From Nitrospirales bacterium (lineage in GTDB: Bacteria > Nitrospirota > Nitrospiria > Nitrospirales > UBA8639): a stretch of 64,000 bases of DNA. The position numbers and the translations under genes are program-made. The DNA is taken from positions 3,360,001-3,424,000 of the forward strand of contig OY820905.2 in NCBI GenBank assembly GCA_963555755.3, written 5' to 3'. Under the pieces are notes generated by a model. The model searched no databases, was not told the DNA's origin, and was given only the letters and a program-made list of their open reading frames with translations. This document shows positions 45,301 through 53,556 of the stretch, in pieces; the first letter of the stretch is position 1, and each line of letters starts with the position of its first letter.

Positions 45301-45439
45301 GTTTTGCCTGACGGTTGATCAAGAAGCCACCGGATACCTCAAACGAATGTATGGAGATGTTCAGTATCTGGTCCTTGATGATGTGGCGGACTTGCCTGAA
45401 CGGTTGCCACGGGTGTATCAACGACTAACCGGGCGTTGA
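42311..45439 (+). CDS. NorD/CbbO-like VWA-domain protein with long helical-repeat N-terminus
   Basis: AHEVGH, EDARVE, YPEWD, MIDAS DMSGS, NRDGAAIRHA, LSDGKP. Confidence 0.88.
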   Translation: MDNSSLKKELLAVFGNRLSQEAAGEVTPLLEEAGVSAQVLELLSELQDSSAKLAGEAIEALPEVLRRCDPHTVVWWLDLAIALAALSGAVTLKYLRESPRILGVLDTPALRQHVLVVSLEVADRDSEYAANCAFEFFRKTPELLFADPAIDLAGWAEVGQELTEWNQVLGIEFFRECANVADVLPLDDVRPWVAFGMKLITQNSLGKLDYIGILEFFRTSPSLLKEIEAMDVRPRVVALGSTLADRSPETALTFLGEIPLLTKALPTKEWQTTVLQYGGLLAERDAEVTLAYLRRCPEVVSVTVGSDDTHDAFETWFRGGMDVLDYSIDGARAYFALETSKALSSIEQAMNGVPLRQVARSLKLFAQMICGESISIESLSENSGLARTEKTPEGMRIRLPMVMNQYPTREVNLRCYTVMVAHEVGHLEFGTYRIDLEAVRALAQEVVSRYRRGDGDAGTTPSPSPLPLPGGEGLRNQTPTIAPEIKCLGDLFSLYPQKGVIQDLWTILEDARVEFLLQQEYPGLCHDLAALAKASVSMRSLLHGMTAREMVLDALLLHFTQGADAVHFQDDLMPVIERGWALAQSILQPSASAHDVIETADQIYQAMEDMIGTYEVSTTELTQESQDEDSDIGAGPRAAEETAGAYRSITNFAYRGEMSPELVQGETDSEEGVAPSGGKSPDMQEFGGAGESSSRRSEESGKKELIEDQPHDRGDSQPGEDRILEKHWEVKGSGQGELQVQKGEDRTYLYPEWDGMIQDYRLKWCRVIERPGPEGSPDFAQATLEKHASSIRLLRRYFETIRPTALRRVRGYEHGEELDLDAVISRAVDRRAGAEPSDRIYSRRDKRERQVAVAFLVDMSGSTGRQIETGARRVIDIEKEGLVLLIEALEAIGDQYALYAFSGQGRDHVDFLVLKDFEDTLRYQVAQRIEAMTPLQQNRDGAAIRHAAQKLLQCPARHRLLILLSDGKPLDGGYAEEYALEDTKMALREARQRGISPFCLTVDQEATGYLKRMYGDVQYLVLDDVADLPERLPRVYQRLTGR

Positions 45440-45551
45440 AAAAGGCCGCCAGCGGCGTTCTCGGCCCGTTGCCGTGCTCACGTACTATGAGTACGCTCCG
45501 CGCGCCCACGGTCCTGCGGCCTTGCTGGACGACCTTTTTGAACGCCCGGTT
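45428..45551 (-). repeat. Family-A palindromic repeat, copy 7 (supplies VWA gene stop codon)
   Basis: ACCGGGCGTTGAAAAAGG...CCTTTTTGAACGCCCGGT. Confidence 0.92.
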
Positions 45552-45553
45552 TA

Positions 45554-45627
45554 CGTGTTCCGTAATGCGTGATGGGTTTTTGAATTAGCAATTTTTACGG
45601 TTCACGCATTACGCTTTACGCATCACG
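45554..45627. repeat. Heptamer tandem-repeat hairpin
   Basis: CGTGTTC CGTAATG CGTGATG ... GTTCACG CATTACG CTTTACG CATCACG. Confidence 0.8.
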
Positions 45628-45639
45628 AAAATCTTATCC

Positions 45640-46050
45640 ATGACCACTGACTCAACTAAACCAGAAATTCCCCCTTGGCTGTATAAGCTGTTTACCGGGA
45701 AACAATATCCGTATATTCGCCGGTTGGCCAAATTTGAAAAAAAAGATCGGATCATCGGCGATCCAAGTTCCGAACCGACGCGGGAAGAAGTTGATGCGAA
45801 GTTTTGGGAGATCTATCCTCATTGTTCCGCCAAAATTATGCAGGAAGTCAAAACGGGCATGATTGTGAGTTTTACCGATTTGGAAGTCTATCCTCCTGGA
45901 ACCTATCAAGAGCTTGTCGATGGTCCAGAGGAATTCCTTGCTCGTGAATTTGGCCGGAAAAAGATTAAACTGAATTTTTATTATGGGGACAACTTCGTCT
46001 GCACCATCAATTTCAAGGTTGCGGGATGGGCCAGTCATGATGATGACTAG
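45640..46050 (+). CDS. Hypothetical protein
   Basis: 136-aa ORF co-oriented between the VWA gene and mdh. Confidence 0.8.
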   Translation: MTTDSTKPEIPPWLYKLFTGKQYPYIRRLAKFEKKDRIIGDPSSEPTREEVDAKFWEIYPHCSAKIMQEVKTGMIVSFTDLEVYPPGTYQELVDGPEEFLAREFGRKKIKLNFYYGDNFVCTINFKVAGWASHDDD

Positions 46051-46083
46051 GCTGTTTTTCGATTTGAATGGAAAAGGTGTCCT

Positions 46084-47028
46084 ATGAATCAGCGGAAAGT
46101 GACAGTAGTAGGGGCTGGCAATGTGGGAGGATCGGCGGTGCAACGGCTCGCTGAAAAGAATAGCTACGACATTGTTTTGGTAGATATTGTTGAAGGACTT
46201 CCGCAGGGCAAGGCATTGGACTTGGCCCAAGCTGGGGCAGTGTGTGGATACGATTCTCCTATTATTGGAACGAACAACTATGATGAAACGGAAGGGTCAG
46301 ACCTCGTCGTCATTACCTCGGGTATTGCGCGCAAGCCAGGGATGAGCCGATCGGAATTGCTCGAAACCAATACCAAAATTGTCCGGTCGGTTGTCCAGGA
46401 AATCGTGAAGCGGTCACCGTCAACTATTTTAGTCATTGTGGCCAATCCTTTAGATGCGATGACCCATGTGGCATACCGGACCAGTGGATTTCCAAAACAG
46501 CGCGTGGTTGGAATGGCGGGCGTGCTCGACTCTGCTCGGTTCAGCACGTTCATTGCTCAAGAATTGAAGGTCTCAGTGCACAATGTGCAGGCGATGGTCT
46601 TAGGGGGCCATGGAGATGCCATGGTTCCGTTGGTTCGATATACCACCGTGAGTGGCCGGCCAGTCGATCAATGGATGTCTAAAGAAAAACTCGATGAGAT
46701 TGTGAAGCGGACTCGCAATGGTGGGGCAGAAATCGTTAACCTGCTGAAGACTGGAAGTGCCTATTATGCTCCGGCTGCCTCGGCTGTGGAAATGGTGGAA
46801 TCGATCCTCAAGGATGAACACAAAGTGCTTCCCTGTGCCGCGCTCTGTGAAGGGGAATACGGATTGAAGGGTACTTACATGGGAGTCCCGGTTTGCCTTG
46901 GAAAAAATGGTGTGGAAGAAATCCTGGAATATGATCTCACGCCTGAAGAAAAAACCGCGTTCGACAACTCGGCCCAGGGCGTCCGCGAGTTGTGTAAGGA
47001 AGTCGATCGAATTTTGGATGCAGGATAA
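46084..47028 (+). CDS. mdh: Malate dehydrogenase (LDH-like)
   Basis: [38 protein letters not shown]. Confidence 0.96.
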   Translation: MNQRKVTVVGAGNVGGSAVQRLAEKNSYDIVLVDIVEGLPQGKALDLAQAGAVCGYDSPIIGTNNYDETEGSDLVVITSGIARKPGMSRSELLETNTKIVRSVVQEIVKRSPSTILVIVANPLDAMTHVAYRTSGFPKQRVVGMAGVLDSARFSTFIAQELKVSVHNVQAMVLGGHGDAMVPLVRYTTVSGRPVDQWMSKEKLDEIVKRTRNGGAEIVNLLKTGSAYYAPAASAVEMVESILKDEHKVLPCAALCEGEYGLKGTYMGVPVCLGKNGVEEILEYDLTPEEKTAFDNSAQGVRELCKEVDRILDAG

Positions 47029-47033
47029 AAAGC

Positions 47034-47097
47034 CGTAATGCGTGACCCGTCAGGCGTTATGCGTGTGAGACTTCTTTATGTTCTTTTACGCTTCACG
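47034..47097. repeat. Heptamer tandem-repeat hairpin between convergent mdh and purE
   Basis: CGTAATG CGTGACC CGTCAGG CGTTATG ... TTTTACG CTTCACG. Confidence 0.7.
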
Positions 47098-47596
47098 GTT
47101 TTAAATATGTATCCGCCAGCACTTTCTCCGTTTGTTTCTTCCGATATTCTTCCAGCCGTTGCTTAATCTTCGAATCGGATAACGCCAAGATGGCTGCCGC
47201 AAATAAGGCGGCGTTGGCCGACCCCGCTTCACCGATTGCCAGAGTAGCCACGGGAATACCTTTGGGCATTTGGACGATCGACAATAAGGAGTCCAATCCC
47301 TGAAGTGCTTTGGATTGCATGGGGCAGCCCAGCACCGGCAACGTGGTTTTGGCGGCGATGACTCCAGGTAAATGTGCGGCCCCGCCCGCTCCGGCGATGA
47401 TGACTTTCAGCCCTCGTGATTCTGCTTGGGCGACGTATTCAATGAGCGCATCAGGGGCCCGGTGGGCAGAAATGACGCGGCATTCATTTTCAATCCCCAA
47501 TTGGGTCAGCGTCTCGCTGGCGAGTCGCATGACTTCCCAATCGCTTTTGCTTCCCATGATTATGCCGACCAATGGTGCTGTATTCTGCGATGCCAC
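47093..47596 (-). CDS. purE: N5-CAIR mutase PurE
   Basis: [30 protein letters not shown]; start moved to GTG 47596 behind GGAGG. Confidence 0.96.
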   Translation of the reverse strand: MASQNTAPLVGIIMGSKSDWEVMRLASETLTQLGIENECRVISAHRAPDALIEYVAQAESRGLKVIIAGAGGAAHLPGVIAAKTTLPVLGCPMQSKALQGLDSLLSIVQMPKGIPVATLAIGEAGSANAALFAAAILALSDSKIKQRLEEYRKKQTEKVLADTYLKP

Positions 47597-47926
47597 GTAT
47601 CTGCCTCCTTCCCTCTCAATGTATTCCCTTGAACCCAGTGACCTTGCGACGCGAGATGGTTCCTGAGTGGTCCTCCTCGCGCGAGGAAGTGTACAAGCTC
47701 CCCCATCAACTCTCAACCGGGACCGTGGGGTTTTTATGATTATTCTTTACGGCCAGTTGAGGTGTAAATGCCGTGACTTGGTGGTTGTAAGTGTTTGAGA
47801 GTGTTGCGGTTTTCGCCTTTTTCGTGAGCCCAAATGCTTGACGGAATTATGGATTGACCCGTATAGTTAAAAGTTCTGAGTTGAGATATTGTGTCCAAAC
47901 CCATTGAAGATAGTCAGGATTATTGT

Positions 47927-49234
47927 ATGACGAATGACATGCCCCTTCGCCTTCTTCAACCCATGAATGGCGAACCTTGGGATATCGATGCCTATATCAA
48001 ACAAGGGGGCTATGAAGCCTGGCAACGGTGTGTGCGAGAGAACAATCCGGATGGCGTGATTGATGAGCTCAAGCGTGCGTCTTTGCGGGGTCGTGGGGGC
48101 GCGGGTTTCCCGACCGCCCTGAAATGGGAAAAAGTGGTTCATCACCGAACCAAGGAACGGTATTTTGTCTGTAACGCGGGAGAGCATGAACCCGGGACTT
48201 TTAAAGATCGGTACCTGATTCAACACCACCCCCATCAATTGCTTGAGGGCTGTTTGATTGCGGCCTTTACTGCTGGAGTGAAAGCTTCGTACATCTATTT
48301 GAATGCTGAATTTCTTGAAGCCAGGGCGAGTTTTGAGAAGGCCTTAGAGCAAGCCAGAGGACGGGGATTTCTGGGTAAGAATGTCTTGGGTTCAAGCGTT
48401 GATTTGGAGATAGAGATTTTTGACGGCCACGGCAGCTATGTGGCTGGTGAAGAAACCGCTATGTTGGAATCAATGCAAGGTCGCCCAGCTCAACCCAAAC
48501 AGAAGCCTCCATTTTATCCAACAGACTTTGGCCTCCATGGAAAACCCACCTTGGTCAATAATGTCGAGACGCTCTCCCATGTGCCCCATATTCTTCGCAA
48601 GGGCGCCGAATGGTTTAAGGAAGTCGGGGCGGAAAAAACTCCGGGAACGATGTTGTTTAGTCTTAGTGGCGCCGTGCAACGTCCGGGAGTCTATGAGCTG
48701 CCGTTGGGCACCCCGCTTCGCTATTTAATCGAAGAATGTGGTGGTGGGGTGGCGAATGGGCGAAAAGTGAAAGCCGTGTTCCCTGGAGGCCCGTCTTTTT
48801 CGATGGTGGGCCCTGATGCGCTGGACCTCGGCATGGATTTTGATTCGTTGAAAAAGGCCGGGACGGGATTAGGGTCAGCCGGCGTTATTGTGGTGGATGA
48901 TGCCACGTGTATGGTCGCTCACACGCTGAAGCTTTCCACCTTTTTTCGGGAAGAAAGTTGCGGACAATGTCCACCCTGCAAGATTGGTACAGAACATCTT
49001 GAAGAACTCGTTACGAAAATTGAAGAGGGACATGGGACCCAAGAAGATCTGGATAAAATGTTGCAGATCTGTGGGTTTGTGAAAGGGACGGGTTTTTGCA
49101 CGTTAGTGACTGGTGCCTCGGTGCTGGTCCAAAACAGTTTTCGTCTGTTCCAGCACGAGTTTGAAGCGCACGTGGCCAACCATGCGTGCCCCTTTAACCC
49201 TTCTCCTGCAGAGGTGGTTTCCGCTACGGGTTAA
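47927..49234 (+). CDS. nuoF: Stand-alone NuoF-like flavoprotein
   Basis: LRGRGGAGFPT..KW, NAGEHEPGTFKDR, YVAGEETA, NNVET, ESCGQCPPC...C; exact start uncertain. Confidence 0.9.
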   Translation: MTNDMPLRLLQPMNGEPWDIDAYIKQGGYEAWQRCVRENNPDGVIDELKRASLRGRGGAGFPTALKWEKVVHHRTKERYFVCNAGEHEPGTFKDRYLIQHHPHQLLEGCLIAAFTAGVKASYIYLNAEFLEARASFEKALEQARGRGFLGKNVLGSSVDLEIEIFDGHGSYVAGEETAMLESMQGRPAQPKQKPPFYPTDFGLHGKPTLVNNVETLSHVPHILRKGAEWFKEVGAEKTPGTMLFSLSGAVQRPGVYELPLGTPLRYLIEECGGGVANGRKVKAVFPGGPSFSMVGPDALDLGMDFDSLKKAGTGLGSAGVIVVDDATCMVAHTLKLSTFFREESCGQCPPCKIGTEHLEELVTKIEEGHGTQEDLDKMLQICGFVKGTGFCTLVTGASVLVQNSFRLFQHEFEAHVANHACPFNPSPAEVVSATG

Positions 49235-49240
49235 TTGGTT

Positions 49241-49585
49241 ATGCCGCGCATTACGTTCGTTCACTCAGAAGGAAAAAGTGGAGAGGTGCCCGAAAACGTC
49301 TCGGTCCTCGAAGCCGCAGAATTGTTGGGTTTTCCGTTGGAGCATGACTGCGGGGGCAATGCTTCGTGTTCAACATGTCGGGTGGAAGTGATGGTGGGGG
49401 GCGAGCATTTATCCGAAATAGATTTTGAGGAACAAGATTTATTAGACCGAGAAGCCCTCACCGAGCCGTACCATCGGTTAAGTTGCCAGGCGAAAATTTT
49501 TGGCGATGTCATGGTGCAAGTCCCCGAAGAAAAGTTTGGAACAACGGAATCCGTTCAAGAAGAAACCAAAACTTCTCAGTCGTAA
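49241..49585 (+). CDS. [2Fe-2S] ferredoxin (adrenodoxin/ISC type)
   Basis: HDCGGNASCSTC...RLSCQ. Confidence 0.93.
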   Translation: MPRITFVHSEGKSGEVPENVSVLEAAELLGFPLEHDCGGNASCSTCRVEVMVGGEHLSEIDFEEQDLLDREALTEPYHRLSCQAKIFGDVMVQVPEEKFGTTESVQEETKTSQS

Positions 49586-49589
49586 GATC

Positions 49590-50012
49590 ATGAATCACCA
49601 AGCGCGCCTGACCCGGCAATATCATTTCTGTGCAGCCCACCGATTACATGCCAAGGAACTGTCTGATGACGTCAATCGGAAAGTGTTTGGAAAATGCAAT
49701 AATCTCAACGGGCATGGGCACAATTACACGGTTCTGGTAACCGTGCGTGGCGAAATCGATGCTCTGACGGGTGAGATCACGGATCTTGAACGTCTGGATC
49801 GGCTGGTGACGACAACAATCCTCGAACGGTTTGATCATCGACATCTCAACCACGATCCGGCCTTCCAAGATGTGGTGACCACGGGAGAAAATGTCGCTCG
49901 ATTTATTTGGGATGAACTGGTGGATGCCATTCCTCTCGGGCAGTTAGAGAAAATCGGGCTCATTGAAACCCGTGACAATTATTTCGAATATCAAGGCGAT
50001 CGGCATGGGTAA
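49590..50012 (+). CDS. 6-pyruvoyl-tetrahydropterin synthase / QueD family protein
   Basis: [32 protein letters not shown]. Confidence 0.9.
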   Translation: MNHQARLTRQYHFCAAHRLHAKELSDDVNRKVFGKCNNLNGHGHNYTVLVTVRGEIDALTGEITDLERLDRLVTTTILERFDHRHLNHDPAFQDVVTTGENVARFIWDELVDAIPLGQLEKIGLIETRDNYFEYQGDRHG

Positions 50013-50056
50013 GGGCCTCGTTTTCTCATCCAACCTCTTTCCCTCGTGAACAACTC

Positions 50057-50731
50057 ATGAATCATCTACCACGTTCGAAAACACAATCTGGTCGAAGCTC
50101 TGCGCTAAAACAGGTCAAAGGAAAAGTTGGTCGAGTCACACGAGCACCCGAAAAGGGGACCCCGGCGAATCTCGAAGGCTTGATCACCCAACTCCTGACG
50201 ATACTTGGCGAGGATCCCAAGCGACGTGGTTTGGAAGAAACGCCAAAGCGTGTGGCCGACGCGCTGACGTTTTTCACAAAAGGCTATCAAGAGAATATTG
50301 ATGACCTGGTCAATGGCGCTTTGTATCCCATTGAGTACGATGAAATGGTTATTGTCCGCGACATCGATTTTTTCAGTTTGTGCGAACATCACTTGCTGCC
50401 GTTTTTTGGAAAATGTCATGTGGGGTACATCCCAAAGAAACAAGTTGTTGGATTAAGTAAGATCCCTCGAATCGTCGACGTGTTCAGCCGGCGGCTCCAA
50501 ATACAAGAACGTTTGACAGTCCAAATTGCTGAAACCCTTCAGAAAAAGTTAGACCCGATTGGAGTTGGGGTAGTCATTGAAGCACGGCATCTCTGCATGA
50601 TGATGCGGGGTGTGGAAAAACAAAACACCGTAGCAGTCACCAGCCATATGCTCGGTGCCTTCCGCAAACAACAACAAACCCGCGATGAGTTTTTGAGGTT
50701 GATTCGACCTCCCGCCCGAGAAACAGGCTAA
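50057..50731 (+). CDS. folE: GTP cyclohydrolase I
   Basis: [38 protein letters not shown]. Confidence 0.97.
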   Translation: MNHLPRSKTQSGRSSALKQVKGKVGRVTRAPEKGTPANLEGLITQLLTILGEDPKRRGLEETPKRVADALTFFTKGYQENIDDLVNGALYPIEYDEMVIVRDIDFFSLCEHHLLPFFGKCHVGYIPKKQVVGLSKIPRIVDVFSRRLQIQERLTVQIAETLQKKLDPIGVGVVIEARHLCMMMRGVEKQNTVAVTSHMLGAFRKQQQTRDEFLRLIRPPARETG

Positions 50732-50805
50732 CGCTCCTACCCATCCGCCTTCACAGAGATCTAGATTTTTTCTATCTTCCCCCATCAAGTCCAATAAATA
50801 AAAAA

Positions 50806-50882
50806 GGGGTCAGACTCGATTTAGTTAGGTATGTGTTCCGCAAGGGGTGATCGTAAGAATTCATTAAGTCGAGTCTGACCCC
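50806..50882. repeat. REP-doublet-like inverted repeat between convergent genes
   Basis: GGGGTCAGACTCGA...TCGAGTCTGACCCC. Confidence 0.75.
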
Positions 50883-50955
50883 AAATTACTTCAAGAAAAC
50901 TAAAATTTCCAAACAGATACCCTCGTTCCCCTCGACATCCTGTACTTAAGCACCC

Positions 50956-51765
50956 TCAATTGTCGCCTGCAGATCGGTCGAGATTTTCTAGGAACTGTAT
51001 GAGGGCATGATTGAAGACTTCGGGTTGCTCCAGATTTGAAACATGTCCTGCCTGAGGGATGAGCCTAAATTGTGAATGAGGTATGTGTTCTGCCATTCGT
51101 TTCACCTCTTCTAGTGGTGAAGCTAAGTCGTTCTCCCCTACCAAAAGCAAAGTTGGAACGTTGAACCTTTTCAGGAGCGGGGTGGAATCCGGTCGTTCTT
51201 CCATGGCCATGAGGTCGCCCACGATACCGGAGATTTGGTTGCCGATTATCATTTTCCGTAACCTAGCGACCAAGTCTTTTCGATTTTCCAATCCTGAAGG
51301 GCTGAAAAGCTTTGGGAGCATGAGGTCTGCAATAGCCGAGGCCCCCCGCCTATACGCGACTTGGGCCATGGAGAATCGAGCGGTTTTGATTTCGGGAGTA
51401 TCGGCGGTCGCTCGGGTATCGGCTAACACCAGAGCGTGAAAGAACGTTGGGTACTTTCGATACAGCGCAAAAAGGATATACCCACCCATGGACAGCCCGA
51501 CGAATGTCGCCTTTGAAATCCCAAGGTGATCGAGCAAGCCTTTGATGTCCTCGGCAAACAGGTCCAAGGTATAGCGCCACATTGGAGCATCGGACTCTCC
51601 ATGCCCCCGAAGGTCCATCGTAATCACTCGATATCGATCCTTGAGCCCAGCGACCTGGGGTTCCCACATGGTACGATTGAGCGGAAACGCGTGGAGGAAA
51701 ATGATCGACGCCCCATGTCCTTCATCCGAATACGCGAGATCGATTCCGTTGACGTGTATTTTCAT
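50956..51765 (-). CDS. Alpha/beta hydrolase (PcaD-like)
   Basis: FLHAFP, DLRGHGES, GLSMGG, AGHVSNLEQP. Confidence 0.92.
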   Translation of the reverse strand: MKIHVNGIDLAYSDEGHGASIIFLHAFPLNRTMWEPQVAGLKDRYRVITMDLRGHGESDAPMWRYTLDLFAEDIKGLLDHLGISKATFVGLSMGGYILFALYRKYPTFFHALVLADTRATADTPEIKTARFSMAQVAYRRGASAIADLMLPKLFSPSGLENRKDLVARLRKMIIGNQISGIVGDLMAMEERPDSTPLLKRFNVPTLLLVGENDLASPLEEVKRMAEHIPHSQFRLIPQAGHVSNLEQPEVFNHALIQFLENLDRSAGDN

Positions 51766-51778
51766 GTGTTGCTCCTAA

Positions 51779-51935
51779 GGGTTCGCGCAAGAATAACTTT
51801 CCCTGTTTGGGTGTTGAGACGCCTGTCTGGCAAGGCGCGAGGACTGCGCATACTCCGCGTATGGAAAGGACGAGCAATGCCGCCAGACGGGATGGATCGA
51901 CGCCCAAACACGGGAAGGTATTCTTGCGCGAGCCC
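51779..51935. mobile_element. MITE-like element with ~39-bp TIRs and TAA flanks
   Basis: TAA|GGGTTCGCGCAAGAATAACTTTCCCTGTTTGGGTGTTGA ... TCGACGCCCAAACACGGGAAGGTATTCTTGCGCGAGCCC|TAA; solo end at 52105-52124. Confidence 0.75.
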
Positions 51936-52167
51936 TAAGGTTTCCGGTTTTGTCGTTGGGTATTTAAAGGAAACAATATGATTGGAAAATCCCCATAACC
52001 CCCTTTTCCATAAGGGGGACCTCAATGGTTACCCCCTCTCAGAGCACCGGGGAATAACGAAATCGAATCACAGTTTGCAGGACATCCGCATGGCGTTATA
52101 GCATAAGGTATTCTTGCGCGAACCTTCAGAACACGTTTCTGCCACCTCGATAATTCGTGAGGATCTC

Positions 52168-53478
52168 ATGATACCCAGTAACAATCCTCCGCAACCTGAC
52201 CTGTTTCGTGATTCTTCCAACACCCAAGCCGGCCCAATCTCCTTTTCCGTCGGACCTCTCGCGGAGCGATTCCGGCCTCAGACATTTTCAGAATTTTTGG
52301 GTCAGGAGCATCTGCTCTCAGAGAATCAAGCCTTACGACAGGCGATTGAATCCGATCAGGTTCCTTCACTCATTCTTTGGGGGCCTCCGGGATCGGGGAA
52401 GACAACCTTGGCTCATCTCATTGCACGACATTCGGAAGCCGCCTTTGTCCCGTTTTCGGCGGTGGTCAGTGGCGTGCCTGAACTTCGCACCATCATCAAA
52501 GAGGCGGTACAACGTCGCCGGATGACCGGTCAACATACTATTTTATTCGTGGATGAAATTCATCGATTTAATAAAGCGCAGCAAGATGCCTTTCTCCCGT
52601 ATGTGGAGCGCGGCGATATTACTCTGATTGGGGCGACGACTCAAAACCCGTCCTTTGAAATTATTGCCCCGCTGTTGTCACGCTCAATGGTCGTGGAGCT
52701 ACATTCTTTGAATGAGGAGGCGATGGGAACCATCATGGATCGGGCGATGACGGATCAGGAGCGAGGGCTGGGGAAGTTCAATGTGACCGTGACCAGTGAG
52801 GCTCGAACGGGGCTGATCCACTATGGAAATGGGGATGCACGATCCCTGCTTTCGGCCCTGGAATACGCGGTGAGACAAGTGGCTGCAAAAGATAAATCCC
52901 CACGGGCCCTTGATCAGCAACAGCTCAAACGCATTCTCCAGAAGAAGTCGCTCCGGTATGACAAAGACGGGGAAGAGCACTACAACCTGATCTCTGGGTA
53001 CATTAAGAGCATGCGAGATTCCGATGCCGATGGTGCGTTGTATTGGCTCGCTCGTATGTTGGAAGGAGGTGAGGATCCGAAATTCATTGCACGGCGCATG
53101 GTCATTTTTGCCTCAGAAGATGTGAGCAATGCCGAGCCAATGGCCATAATGGTGGCGACCGCGATTTTTCAAGCAGTGGTGCAGGTAGGGCTGCCCGAAG
53201 CACAAATTAATTTGGCGCATGGTACGACCTACTTGGCCTCATGCCCTAAAAGCAATGCCTCGTATGTGGGTTTAAAGGAAGCCTTAGCCGATGCCAAACA
53301 ATTGGGGAATTTGCCCGTGCCCTTGCACCTCCGGAATGCTGTCACTTCGCTGATGAAAGATGTGGGCTATGGGAAAGGGTATCGATATGTTCACGATGAT
53401 CCAGAAGCACAAGTTGAGCAAAGCCACCTTCCGCCATCCTTAGAAGGGCGACGGTACTACCGGCCTCGGAAGACGTAA
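52168..53478 (+). CDS. rarA: Replication-associated recombination protein A
   Basis: PLAERFRP, WGPPGSGKTT, DEIHRFNKAQQD, YDKDGEEHY, VPLHLRNA; start uncertain. Confidence 0.95.
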   Translation: MIPSNNPPQPDLFRDSSNTQAGPISFSVGPLAERFRPQTFSEFLGQEHLLSENQALRQAIESDQVPSLILWGPPGSGKTTLAHLIARHSEAAFVPFSAVVSGVPELRTIIKEAVQRRRMTGQHTILFVDEIHRFNKAQQDAFLPYVERGDITLIGATTQNPSFEIIAPLLSRSMVVELHSLNEEAMGTIMDRAMTDQERGLGKFNVTVTSEARTGLIHYGNGDARSLLSALEYAVRQVAAKDKSPRALDQQQLKRILQKKSLRYDKDGEEHYNLISGYIKSMRDSDADGALYWLARMLEGGEDPKFIARRMVIFASEDVSNAEPMAIMVATAIFQAVVQVGLPEAQINLAHGTTYLASCPKSNASYVGLKEALADAKQLGNLPVPLHLRNAVTSLMKDVGYGKGYRYVHDDPEAQVEQSHLPPSLEGRRYYRPRKT

Positions 53479-53556
53479 TGCGTGAAGGGTTATGCGTGAA
53501 GCGTAGGGAAGTTTTTCCTCTTCACGCTTCACGCATGACCCTTCACGCATTACGTC
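53472..53556. repeat. Heptamer tandem-repeat hairpin between convergent rarA and ABC-F (possible terminator)
   Basis: GACGTAATGCGTGAAGGGTTATGCGTGAAGCGT / ACGCTTCACGCATGACCCTTCACGCATTACGTC near-perfect arms; rarA TAA lies in the left arm. Confidence 0.88.

Noticed and set aside
42311..45439. Nitric oxide reductase or RubisCO locus
   Set aside because: No norCB, norQ or cbbLS genes in the window; only the VWA adaptor family is supported.
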